This document shows positions 52,750-64,000 of a stretch of DNA of 64,000 nt, one piece after another. Made by a program: the position numbers and the translations under genes. Below the pieces are notes generated by a model. That model made no database searches and was not told the origin of the DNA. It was given only the letters and a program-made list of their open reading frames with translations. Source of the stretch: Octopus sinensis. Taxonomy: Eukaryota. The stretch spans positions 108,500,001 through 108,564,000 of the forward strand of contig NC_042997.1 of NCBI RefSeq assembly GCF_006345805.1, in the 5' to 3' direction. Position 1 is the first letter of the stretch. Each line of letters opens with the position of its first letter.

Positions 52750-53560
52750 TATATGCATGTATATATACATATATATGTAGTTATGTACATATATGTATGT
52801 ATGTATATATGCATATACTTATATATTATTTATATTATTTATAAGATCAAATGCCACGCATCCATTTCCAAGTAAGTTTTGACTTAATAATTACGATGCG
52901 CACTCTTATTCTATCTCTATTCTTTCTATCTCCCTCTCTTGTTCTTCTTCCTTTCTGTTTTTCTCTCCCACCCTTTCCCTATTCTTCTCTCCCCTTCACT
53001 GTTCCCTCTCTCACTCTTCCTCCTTGACTATCTTGTTGCTCACACGTGACCAACGGCTATCCATCTTTCTTCCACATCCTTCCTAAAGACAAGACGTACT
53101 TTTATCTGTCTCTTCTCAAAGCTCGTTTTTCCAGCGTTCACCACTTCACATCGTTTTGGTTTAACAGCCCTCACTGTTTGTTTTTACTGTTTTGTTCTCA
53201 CTGTCCTGTTTTTGTTACCACTTTAACCCTCTGCAAAAAATCACAAATTTTATTTAATTTGCTTTGTGGGAAGGACTGTTTTAACGACGTCATGTCTTGT
53301 CCCTACCTTCGAAACGTTTTGAAGATAGAAATAGGGAACAGCTGATTAAGGGAATGTTCTTTATGTTGCTTGTCTCGTTTCTGTTTGTTTGTTTCTTTAA
53401 TTGTTTGAAAAAAGGTTCGTTTTCTATGTTTTTGTTCTCATTTCTTATTTTGTCTACATTTTTTTTATGTCCTCTACCCATATATGCATGTATATATACA
53501 TATATATGTAGGTATGTACATATATGTATGTATATATTCATATACTTATATATTATTTAT
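52750..53560. repeat. Segment bounded by ~80-bp direct repeats
   Basis: tatatgcatgtatatatacatatatatgtag.tatgtacatatatgtatg...tatacttatatattatttat at 52750-52833 and 53481-53560. Confidence 0.75.
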
Positions 53561-55425
53561 CTTCATATATAAAATCCGTTCCATCTGTCTGTTTATATGC
53601 TTATAACTCGAGTATTGTTCATCCGATCGCGCTGAAATTTTAAACATGGATGCATGAGAGAGCGGGGCATTCCGTAATCTAAAAAGATTTTTGAAATCGT
53701 TAGTTTGAAAGTGAGAATTGCTATTTTTGTAATCTTTATGTCCTGTTTGTTCCGCCATCAAAACAACCGGTTGCTCAGACAGCCAGCACATACCATTTCG
53801 CTAGCAATAAGGGGAGTACAGGATGACAGTCAGCCAAAACTGTCACTATGCTGTGTCTCTCTTCTTTTCTCTCTCTGTGGGGTTAATAATCATAATCTTT
53901 AGTTACAGTTTCTCATTCAAACTACATAATAAGCAGAATTGTCAGATTAAAACAGTAGGGTGTTTTGAAGGAGATTTGGCTGCTATTTCTACCAGGTCTA
54001 GCGACCATGTAGAAGTCTGCTTCATTGATATTATATATTCCTTATACTTTCCAAAACCGAGTCACATATTTTGACGTTTGGAGTATCAAAAGTTTCAGTA
54101 CTATTTTGGCTACTAATTAAACTTAATTTTCATTTATATATTTGCATCAAAAGTTTAACGGAATTTTTTCCATAAATCAACTATTGTAAAAATTTTATAC
54201 AATGACGTCACATTTTCTATATGTGTGTGTACCTTAATAGATGTCAATCATCACGACACACACCTTCACTTACTCACTCTATCTCTCTTTCTCTCTCACT
54301 TACACAAGCATGCACACACACACACACACACGTCCATTTGATATAGATGTACATACTTCTTTCACTTTCTTTCTCTGTTCTTTTCGCTTTATCTTCTTTC
54401 AATTTCTGCTCTCTTGAAATAAAATTTTTACGGATACAACTGCTTACAAAAATAGGGATTAAGGTATAATTTCTTTCTGTGTTCATAATTTTTTGTTTAC
54501 AATATTGGGGAAAATATGCCACCAAAGAAGACGTAATCTCTCCAGAAACAAGTATAAAGCAAGGAGGATTGTAGAAAACCGAAGGTGAGAGTCTGAAGAG
54601 AGATGCTAGATGAGATTTTCTCAACATCAGCAAATGCATGTTGCAGCACTTAATGCTGGATCATTAAACCAATGTTTTAATGATTAGACAGAGGTCCAAT
54701 AGAATAGCTCTCAGAAACAGACTACGTACAAATTCATTCTTCACAATTCCCGAAGCTGTTTTTAGATATGATCCATCCCATTCTTATAGGGATAATAACT
54801 CTGTCCAAATTGGTGTGCTAAACACGAATTGTCTTTTCTGTAGAGCTTTAAAGTTTTCAAATGAAACAAATGGTATGTGCTGCTCAGGTGGTCAGGTAAC
54901 ATCGCCAGCACTACCAGCTCCTTCTCAACCTCTTATGGATCTTCTAGAAGGTATTTCCATCCAGTCAAAGGATTTTCTGAAAAATATCAGACAATACAAC
55001 TCTGCAAATGACATCGTTTGGTGCATCTAAGAAGATAGATAAGGGCAAGTCTATCACCTCATTGATTCCCTGTTACCCATATATGAACAACCACAGTTCT
55101 TCCAAATTTACTTTATGAGTCATGTAGGGACACCAAATCCGAAGAAGGTGTCAACATTTCAGATGATGGGTCGTGTTAGACACAGAGCCAACTGCTGCAA
55201 AAGAGAATATATCCACAGATAGCTTCTCGGTGCATTCAAAAATCACAAAACCCCCACAGGTTAGGGCCTGAAATACTCCAAACAGATGCATTGCATGTTG
55301 CTTAGTCAAATTAGCCCATCATCTACTCCACAAATGTTTTGTTGACAATGCTGCATTTTTCCATATCACTTGTTTCAACAAACTATGCCATTTTAATGCC
55401 GAGCAACGACAGGTGTCTCTGCTAG
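53560..55425 (+). mobile_element. Internally deleted Helitron carrying a Rep N-terminal pseudogene
   Basis: 5' TCTTCATATATAAAA after A; 3' gccgagcaacgacagg..gCTAG followed by T; Rep fragment inside. Confidence 0.85.
54516..55105 (+). pseudogene. Helitron RepHel N-terminal region (C..C/CC zinc-binding part), disrupted
   Basis: CLFCRALKFSNETNGMCCSGGQV..FLKNIRQYNSA and GQVYHLIDSLLP..QFFQIYF are typical Helitron Rep motifs; frameshifts and stops; no HUH or helicase motifs seen. Confidence 0.88.
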
Positions 55426-55499
55426 TATTATATATATATATATATATATATATCTCGGTAGGTGGAAGTTACTGCCGTGTGTGTATGTGTGCGTATAGC

Positions 55500-55735
55500 T
55501 GCTCAGTGCCTCTCCGAAAGAGAGAGAGAGGGATAACGGGAAGGTTTACCAAAATAAACAAAAGTCGAAGGCAGGTGGAGTACAAACAAATAATGTATTA
55601 GTATTGCGCTCAGGAATAGAAATAAAACAAGTCTTTTACATTTCGATCCTACACTCTTCAACAGAAAGATACACAGAAAAGAAACAAGGAGAGAAGAAAA
55701 TTGCGTGTAGGGGCTAACGATCCAACATGGCGTTA
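55500..55735 (-). mobile_element. Interspersed repeat, possibly a Penelope-like terminal region
   Basis: Minus strand ..TTGAAGA gtgtaggatc GAAA.. resembles PLE terminal motifs; class assignment is inference only. Confidence 0.3.
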
Positions 55736-56548
55736 TATATATGTAATGATTAACCATTTATGTAACAACAAAAGTAGACTTTGGTATGGAGGAATAGACT
55801 GAATACTTGTTGCAGTAGTCAGAGCTCCTTGCCAGGTCATGGCTTCACACGACAGTTAATGAATGGTGATGTGTGCTGATTGGAAATTGGATTATTTCAC
55901 ATCCGTGGCTTGCTGAGAGGCTCTGAATACTTTGTGTGAGTGATCCATGTTTGTATAATATATCAAATATATAAATCAAGAGAGTTTTCTGAAATGGAGA
56001 CTGTGTGAGTGTGTGTGTGTGTAGTGGGTGCACCTTTGTGGATGCCTGTGTACCGATTTGACAAAGATATTTGTGATGTTTGAAGGGCCAACAGCGGCTG
56101 TTTGTGGCTGGAGTTATATTTGGTTTTAAAGAGGAAACCCAGCCTTTGTGGTAGAATTGCAGCTATTTAAAGAATGTGGGAATCTTCATAAGGAGTTGTC
56201 CGAGGTTGTTGAGAGTCCTTATATAGGTGTAGGGAGTGATATATCCTGTTATATATCCTGGCAACATTTTATGGTTAGAATTTTCCATTTTTGATCTTAT
56301 AAAAAAAAAATTTTCAGAGAAAGAAATGAAATTTAAAACTTAAATTTCTCTTTTACCATTCAGTTAAAGAAATCTGAAACACAGTATTTTCTCTGGTTTC
56401 TGCTGCAAGTCGGTTCCCATGTCTTTAACAACCATATTTTCCTACACTTTCCAGAAATTGCTGACTTAGTGTTAAAATTTGAAACTATTTATTTTTATTA
56501 TTATTATTAATAATAATAATAATGTTGAATGTTTTTTATCTATTACAG

Positions 56549-56675
56549 ATCAGCTTTTGATAATAAAACAATGAAGAAAGTGGCCATCAAGAAAATCTCC
56601 CCATTTGAACACCAGACATATTGTCAAAGGACATTGCGAGAAATTAAGATTCTTACAAGATTTAAACATGAAAAT
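56549..56675 (+). CDS. MAPK1: Internal coding exon of ERK1/2 MAP kinase (subdomains II-IV, catalytic Lys in VAIKK, alphaC Glu)
   Basis: ttttttatctattacag|A TCA GCT...CAT GAA AAT|gtgagt; encodes [42 protein letters not shown]; [22 protein letters not shown] is diagnostic of ERK; the phase-2 start matches vertebrate MAPK1 exon 2. Confidence 0.96.
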
Positions 56676-56775
56676 GTGAGTTGATCTTAACTAAACACTT
56701 TCTTTCCTGAAATTACAATAACGATAATGTTCATGTCTCATTGGGAGGGTTCGTTAATATAGAATTATACAAACT

Positions 56776-57031
56776 TGTGCCAGTGGCATGTGTAAAAAGA
56801 TTCGAGCGAGGTCATTGCCAGTACCGCCTGACCGGCCCCCGTGCCGGTGGCATGTAAAAAGTACCCACTACACTCTCGGATTGGTTGGCGTTAGGAAGGT
56901 CATCCAGCTGTAGAAACTCTGCCAGATCAAGATTGGAGCCTGGTGCAGCCCTCTGGTTCGCTAGCCCTCAGTCAAATCGTCCAACCCATGCTAGCATGGA
57001 AAGCAGATGTTAAACAATGATGATGATGATG
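56776..57031 (+). mobile_element. Family A retroposon, 100 bp downstream of the ERK exon
   Basis: Very similar to the 3' half of 49168-49828 and to 1121-1393. Confidence 0.9.
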
Positions 57032-57301
57032 CTTAATTTTTATGCATCTCCCTCTTTGTGGGTTAATTAATGGAGAGTTTCTCATATGGTGACTGAAAGT
57101 CCATTGAGATGAAGGACAACTTCTTTACTTTTGACAGATGTTGTCAAGGTATGTGAGAATTCTTAAGAATATTGAAAATAATCCATGTAGATGTTGGCCT
57201 TGCATATGGTAAGCATCCACCCATAACCATCTGCTACATGCAGCAATTCTGAACCCATAACAAATGTATTCCTCCAATTTCATCATCATGGATTAACATT
57301 A

Positions 57302-57710
57302 GGCGCAGGAGTGGCTGTGTGGTAAGTAGCTGGCTTACCAACCACATGGTTCCGGGTTCAGTCCCACTGCGTGGCACCTTGGGCAAGTGTCTTCTGCTAT
57401 AGCCTTGGGCTGACCAATGCCTTGTGAATGGATTTGGTAGACGGAAACTGAAAGAAGCCTGTCGTATATAATGTATATATATATGTATGTGTGTATGTTT
57501 GTGTGTCTGTGTTTGTCCCCCTAGCATTGCTTGACAACCGATGCTGGTGTGTTTACGTCCCCGTCACTTAGCGGTTCGGCAAAAGAGACCGATAGAATAA
57601 GTACTGGGCTTAGAAAGAATAAGTCCCGGGGTCGATTTGCTCGACTAAAGGTGGTGCTCCAGCATGGCCGCAGTCAAATGACTGAAACAAGTAAAAGAGT
57701 AAAAAGAGAG
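57302..57710 (+). mobile_element. Family B tRNA-derived CORE-like SINE, well preserved
   Basis: A-box tggctgtgtggtaag, B-box-like ggttcagtccc, MIR-core-like ggcaccttgggcaagtgtctt, CpG-rich, A-rich tail. Confidence 0.9.
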
Positions 57711-57714
57711 ATTC

Positions 57715-57915
57715 ATTTTCTGGCAGGAGTTTGAGGATTTGACAGGATCTGGCAAGGTTAGGAGCTGCATCAGGTTCTGCTTGTCTCTTTTGGTATGGTT
57801 TCTACTGCTCGATGCCCTTCCTAACACCAACCACTTTACAAAGAGCACTGGGTGCTTTTCTTGTGGCACCAGCACCAGTGTTTTTCATGTAGCACCTGCA
57901 CTGACAGGGTCACCA
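57715..57915 (-). mobile_element. Family A retroposon, diverged
   Basis: Reverse-complement body (ctggatgcccttcctaac-like). Confidence 0.65.
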
Positions 57916-58724
57916 AGTAACTTACAAGAAAGTTGTAACTTTCATAGAGGAAACTATTTAAACCAGAGCATTATTATTTCTTTGGCCCATCCTTGTGGTA
58001 TGGGCAAGTGAAAACTGTCTGGAACTTTTGGTTTCTTTATTTTTTAAAGATTACACTGCTCTTCACCACCCTCTGACCTACCTTTCCCCATCTCTGTAGC
58101 CTTGGTCACCACTGCCAGCCCCCTACCTCCAGCCCTACCCAACCCCTACAGTTGTCAGCTTCTCTTATCTACCTCCCTTATTTATCAGTCTTACCCATTC
58201 CCTATCACTCTCTCTTACTCTCCCCTATACACTCTTGCAACTTGTACCCACCCACACTTCCTCTTCTCCCCTCACTACTTCATCTTAAGGGGCCACTCTC
58301 ATGTCTCACCATCATCGCTTTTATCTCCTTTCAATTCCATCTTTCAGTAGCCATATAGGTACCTGTTCTGTTTCGGCCCCTTCTTCTCACTTTAAACTCT
58401 CATCTCATAGCATAAAGCCATCTTGCTCTCTACTGTAGCCCCCATTCAGTTGAAGGAGATCTAAGTCTTGCGGGCTGTGTGCTGACCTCATCAGTGCTGG
58501 TATCAGGAGAAGAAAAAGTACTCAATACATGCTGTAAAGTGTTTGGCATTAGGAAGGACATCCAGCTGAGAAACCATGCCAAAGCAGAGACTGGAATATG
58601 GTGCTTTCTCTTCAGACATATTGGATCCTGTCACTCATGCCAGCATCAAACATGGATGTTAAATGATGACGACAACGACAACATGGACTTACACTGTCAG
58701 CAATCTACGAGTCACAGAAAGCAG

Positions 58725-58935
58725 TGGGGCCGGTAGAATCTTTAGCATGTTGGACAAAATGCTTAGTAGCATTTTGTCTGTCCTTATGTTCCGAGTTCAA
58801 ATTCCACTGAGGTCAACTTTGCCTTTCATCCTTCCAGACTTGATAAAGCCAGTCCCTGTTGAGCACTGGGGTCGATGTAATTGACTTATTCCCCTCCCCA
58901 ACTTGCTGGACTTGTGCCAGTATTTGAAACCAATA
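58725..58935 (+). mobile_element. Family C-related SINE, diverged
   Basis: gagttcaaattccactgaggtcaactttgcctttcatcc. Confidence 0.7.
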
Positions 58936-59478
58936 TGTGAGAGACAGAATGGAATAGAAAGAAACAATAAAAGAACAAAGAGCTGATTGGTTGGTGTGTA
59001 CAAGGATTGTTTCAACCAATTTCTGGCTACTGAAGCATAAAACAAAATGTGAAGTTGGTAAATATGGATTTGGAATATTGGAAGCATCCCCAGTATTTCA
59101 CTGGTACTGATTCTAGGGAAGTGAGAACTAAATTCGGTAATCGATCCACTGGTATCATTGACATTCTATTTCCCTTTGTTAGAGAGTTGTGAGTGGAACA
59201 GAGCTCCTTCTGGAGTTAGTCATGTGTGACCAGTTGTCTCCAGTTTCAACCCTTGTCGCGCCTGGTGTCAGCTAAGATTACAAAGTTTGAGTATTGTCTT
59301 GCAATCGTCTGGGAATTCACCTCTATTACATATATGTGATAAATACATCCAATACTTTACAATAAGAACAAGAACACTTTTTTGTTTTGTTTTTGTCTTT
59401 TCATGAATGGAATACAATTTAACAAAGATGTTGCACTAATTGATAGTCTTATTTATGTCAGTATTTGTAGATCATTGT

Positions 59479-59692
59479 AAGGCAGCGAGCTGGCAGAATT
59501 GTTAAGATGCCAAGCAAAATGCTTCCTGGTACTTTGTCTATCTTTACATTCTGAGTTCAAATGCCACTGAGGACCATTTTGCCCTTGCTTCTCTTCAGGG
59601 TCGATAAAATAAGGACCAGTTGCACTGGAGTCTATGTAATCGACATTTCCCTTCCTTGAACTTGCTGGCCTTGTGCCAAAATTCGAAATCAA
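59479..59692 (+). mobile_element. Family C-related SINE with 15-bp TSD (one mismatch)
   Basis: tatttgtagatcatt (59462-59476) and tatttctagatcatt (59693-59707). Confidence 0.8.
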
Positions 59693-61379
59693 TATTTCTA
59701 GATCATTCCATAACAGTCCTTTTGTTATGAAGGGATTCATGCAGTTATTTTCACGTGATAATTTTTGAAACTATTCAGAAAGTCCACCAGCCAGACACAT
59801 CTGTATTCTGTCCCAATCTAGACTGACATCTTTCACCATCATTCAAACTGACTTACCATCAATCCCTGTCTTTTAGTCTTCTGTCAGAATCTCTTACGAA
59901 ATACTGTCTCCAAATACACTCCAACATCTACCCATTCTCCTTCTCATTCATAGTCTCTTATTTTACACACCCTGTCTATACAAATGTTGTTTTTCTCCCT
60001 CCTTGCATCCTTATTTCTTTATTAATCTGCAGTAACCTGTCCCCATTATCTCTACTTCTCATGGTTCTATGTTTTCTAAAAAGGTGTGGACACTATTCCT
60101 TGCCCTCCTAAATTAACAAACCCAAGAATACATGTTCTTAACAGCTCATCATAATAACCACCATAATCCTTTTACCACCTGTGGTTTATTCTTGCTGTCA
60201 TGGGTTGGACAGCCATGTAGTGTGGCATAAAATATATTTTTAAACTTCTCATATAATTGGTTGTGGTTTATTATCCTCACCCAAACCATATTCTGTATCA
60301 TTTTAATGGTGGAGAGGAAACATTTTGTGGTTTGTTCTTCAGTTCTGTGAATTACTTTCCTTCTTCCGAAGCCAGAGAAATGTTTATTTTTCTTTTACTA
60401 CAACCTTCAACCATTTAGGAAAGTCTTACATCATATATTTACTATTTTCTAAAGGAGGGGCTGCACTAGTAAGGGGGTAAAATGATAGGTTAGTATAGTT
60501 AATGTTAATATTAAGGTTAGTCATTGTTAATAATGTATGAGTAAGGGTCCCAGAGGGATAGTGTGTGTATGCGTGTGTGTGTGTAATTGTGTGCATTGTT
60601 TGTGGGGGAGGTGAGAGTTGAGGGGAGGAAGTAAAATAGAGGAAGTAGTTTTCAGTAAAAGATATAATAATTTTACCAACTGTCATAGGCTCTTGAGATA
60701 ACAGTGACCTCTGGTGGCTGAACTGATAAATCTGTTAGAGAAACTGTCTGACTAATTAAAACCTAGTCAAACTAATTGCTTCAGTTGGTTTCATATTTAA
60801 GCAATCTACAAGAATGTCTGATATTTTCTTAACTACCTAATAACGATAATTACTGCAGTGGTAGTTGCTTCTTCATTTCAAACAGAAAGCTGTATACGAA
60901 TCCTATCTTTACCCACATGATGGTACCCTTTATTCCTTAGTAACCGTAGTCATCTTCAGACTTTGTTCATCACTCCTCTTAGTATCCTGGTTCTTGAATA
61001 CCTTTAGCCAAGTCCAATCTCTTTCAAGGACTAAAGCTAATGGTTACGGTGGCTTTGTAGCAGGTGCAGGTGGGTGTAAAATTTGCTTCCCAATCACATA
61101 GTTTCAAGTTCAGTCCTACTGTATGGTACCCTAAGTAATGGTATATTACTATGGCTTCAGACTGACCAAAGGCTTTTTAATGGATTTGGTTGATAAAAAC
61201 ATGTCTGATTGTGAGGAAAATATTCCTTACTTGGAAACAGGTGAGGATTGGCAACAAAGGATTTCAAGCTGTAGGAAATCTGCCTCTGTAGACTGTGTCC
61301 AGCTGATGCCAGAATGAAAAGTGGACTTTGGAAGGATGATGATGTGTTAACATCAATGGCACCAAGATTGGTGTAAAGT

Positions 61380-61640
61380 CAGATTACAAGGAATTGATTG
61401 TTACTGTGAACTGTATTAAAACATCACTCAAAGTGATCTTAGATCAAACATTAAAGGAACTATCCTCACAGTCAATTGTTGTGTTGACCTTTTTAGATCT
61501 GATTGAGTCAAAAGTGCAGCCGTCCATTTTGACGGTTAGTGTTGTGTCAAGTCCATTACATCTGAAGTTTGAGTTTGTCATATTAGTTTTATTTTTTTTA
61601 ACTTGATGTTCATATATGTGACTGATGGTCATTTCTTCAA
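61380..61640 (-). mobile_element. Possible highly decayed RTE RT fragment
   Basis: QVKKNKTNMTNS..VKMDGCTFD loosely resembles the N..KTKVM..I..DG..LE.V region. Confidence 0.3.
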
Positions 61641-61872
61641 GAGTGGAATACCAACATGTTATCTTTTAGCTTGGCATTATGGTTCAATGGGTTTAAAGAA
61701 CTAAAGACTTATTAGAAGCTATTACTTGGGCATTTTTCCTGTATTGCAACAGTCTAGTTTTGACTTTGTCTTCTAAACTTTGGATTGTTGAATCGTATTC
61801 TTATCTCAGAACAATCAGAAACTGGACATGTAACAACAAAAGCTAATGTGATTTATGGTTGTTATGCCAGCC

Positions 61873-61964
61873 GAAGAGTCAGCTTTATAGAAAGGTCATT
61901 CTGGGAGTCAGTTCTGCTGAAGAGTCAGCTTTATAGGAAGGTCATTCTGGGAGTCGGTTCTACT
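61873..61964. repeat. 46-bp tandem duplication (2 copies)
   Basis: gaagagtcagctttatag.aaggtcattctgggagtc.gttct at 61873 and 61919. Confidence 0.9.
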
Positions 61965-62297
61965 TTTGAATGGTGAATATCAGAATGTTTGAATATTATC
62001 CTTGCTTATCGCATTCTGATGTGTTGTGACTAACATGGAGTATGAGATTATTTTGTGATTAGTTATGAAAGTGTTGTAGCTATAGATGGAGGCCTGAAGT
62101 CCGCTTATCAACCACATGGCTTTAGGTTCAGTTCCACTGCATGATGCCTTGGGCAAGTGCCATGCTACTATAACCCTGGGTCAAGCAAAACGTGATTGGG
62201 TTTGATAGATAGAAACTCAAAGAAGTCTGAAGTGTTGTGCTATGCTCGGTGTGTTTGTGTGTACACGCGCGCGCGCACACACACACACACACACACA

Positions 62298-62937
62298 TTG
62301 TGCTGAGTGAAAAGTTTTGCAATATTTTGGTAACTTATTTGCTTTATTCATCAAATTACAACAAAAGCTGCCTAGCATCCAAGGAAGAGGTCATCGTGTT
62401 GCCATGCCTGAAGTCATTTTTCTGCCAGTTCTTTCATACCATGCTGATACCAGTTCTTGCCCTTTGAGGCAAGGAACTTTTTCACTAGTGCTTCTTCCTC
62501 CTTTTGGTTCATAAAGCATTTCCAGTGCAGGAAGTGAGCCATGGATTGGATTGAGCAATAATCTGAGGGGGCTAGATTTGGACTGTGTGCTGGGTGTGGC
62601 ATCAATTCAATTCCCTCAAGTCCCTGAAGTTTATTCTGGGTCATTCAACCTGTATGAGGTCTTGCGTTGTCTTGCTGCAGAAGAGCTCGCTTCCTGTTAA
62701 CCAATGCTGGCTATTGTTGCCACACAATGGCATTTATCCACTCCAGTTCTTCAGAGTACAGGTTGGCATTGATGGTTTGACTGTCTGGAACCAACTCAGA
62801 GCAAATTATCCCTGCATAATTCCACCAGACACAGAGTATCACCTTATCTTTGGAACACTCATGGTTGGCAACAGATTCTGGATGCTGACCCTTGCTTAAC
62901 CACTGCTTATGCACCTTAGAATTGCAGAAAAATTATC
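62298..62937 (-). mobile_element. Mariner (DD34D-type) transposase pseudogene: catalytic domain and right end
   Basis: Minus strand KVILCVWWN..QTINANLY..LLQQDNARPH..HPAHSPNLAPSDY..KNWYQHGMKEL; stops present. Confidence 0.92.
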
Positions 62938-63414
62938 TCTCTTGGATTATTATTTGTTCCAATCTTTGACTCACTTCCTGCAACACTTCATCAACTAGGA
63001 GGAGGTGGAAGCTTCAGTGAAGGAATTCTTTGTCACAAACGGCAAGAACTAATAGCAGCATGGGATCAAAGAACTGGCAAAAAAAGGTGGCCTCAAACAT
63101 TTTGCATAGGTGCCAGTTGAGGCTGGCCGATTGTGGCCATTGGCAGCCTCGTCTGGCACCTGTGCCGGTGGCACGTAAAAAGCACCCACTACACTCACGG
63201 AGTGGTTGGCATTAGGAAGGGCATCCAGCTGTAGAAACTGTGCCAGATCAGACCCTGGTCGAACCGTCTAACCCATGCTAGCATGGAAAACGGACGTTAA
63301 ACGATGATGATGATGGCCTCTTCTTTGAATTCTTGGCTGCTTTTGTTGTAATTTGATGAATAAAGCAAATAAGTTACCAACATATTGCAAAACCTTTCAC
63401 TCTTTTCAGCATAA
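62938..63414 (+). mobile_element. Second mariner right end in opposite orientation, split by family A
   Basis: LDYYLFQSLTHFL..EVEASVKEFF..QHGIKELA, then after the SINE DGLFFE and a terminal region that is the inverted match of 62305-62370. Confidence 0.88.
63108..63317 (+). mobile_element. Family A retroposon nested in the mariner arm
   Basis: Family A body and (GAT)n tail. Confidence 0.88.
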
Positions 63415-64000
63415 CGTGTGTGTGTGTGTGTGTTTTCACACAGCCAGTGTGAGTCAGCATACTTGATTGATTGTCTATCTTTTATACATGCTATAAATAC
63501 ACATGTGTACATTTATTATCAACACATGGTGGCTTTTATGTATACAGAGTTCATTGTTGCAGATTAAGATGAGATCACAATGTGAAAAACAGAAATCACT
63601 TCCTTGATTCTGTTTTGAACTGAAATATGGAAATTCTAATAAATCTGTGGTAGTCAGGGAATTTCTTTAACCAGAGACTTTACCTATGAATTCCAATTCA
63701 AAGTTAATATAAAAATAGCTTCTTTACCAAAATCTGATCAAGAAGATCTATGGCACTTAGTTTGTGGATAATCCCAAGTTGTTTGACTTGAAATTGTTCA
63801 GAAGTAGGAAATGTTATCTATAATCTTCTACTTGCTGTTGCCTGATCAGGAAGTGGGCACTAGTAGTAGCACTTTCTCTTAGGGTTGAACTACATCTCCC
63901 TGAGGCTCTGTCCCTGATTTGTTAATCTATAACTCTTTCTGTAACCTGTAGCTCCCTTTCTCTGGATGTACTTTAACAATGATACTTTTCTCTGCCAATC

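Noticed and set aside
57302-57375. tRNA gene (also other SINE heads)
   Set aside because: A/B boxes run straight into SINE bodies; no complete cloverleaf or Pol III terminator
60865-61101. Possible next ERK exon
   Set aside because: The translation lacks the expected II.I.DI..A..MKDVYIVQ sequence

Overview
This is AT-rich, microsatellite- and repeat-dense eukaryotic DNA, most likely from an octopus. That assignment is inferred from the SINE, RTE and Helitron families I recognise and from the ERK sequence. There is no prokaryotic content, CRISPR array, rRNA or genuine tRNA gene. Only one host coding exon is firmly supported: a 127-nt + strand exon of ERK1/2 (MAPK1/rolled) at 56549-56675, which the ORF track misses. 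It encodes [43 protein letters not shown] could not find the upstream ERK exon (GEGAYGMV) or the next exon, so most of the window is probably ERK intron. A CpG-retaining, promoter-like island lies at about 11.3-14.6 kb. The rest is decayed RTE and CR1-like LINEs, at least four SINE-like families, four Helitrons (one with a Rep fragment), MITEs, a fold-back mariner, minisatellites and a mismatch-free 175-bp-arm palindrome. Nearly all ORFs in the supplied track are spurious or transposon debris. I found no well-supported new biological system. The best leads are the perfect palindrome, the two-right-ended mariner, a VNTR-bearing retroposon, the orphan CpG island with possible antisense exons, and the many dsRNA-forming inverted repeats in the ERK pre-mRNA. 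Repeat boundaries were read by eye and are approximate unless termini or target-site duplications (TSDs) are quoted.
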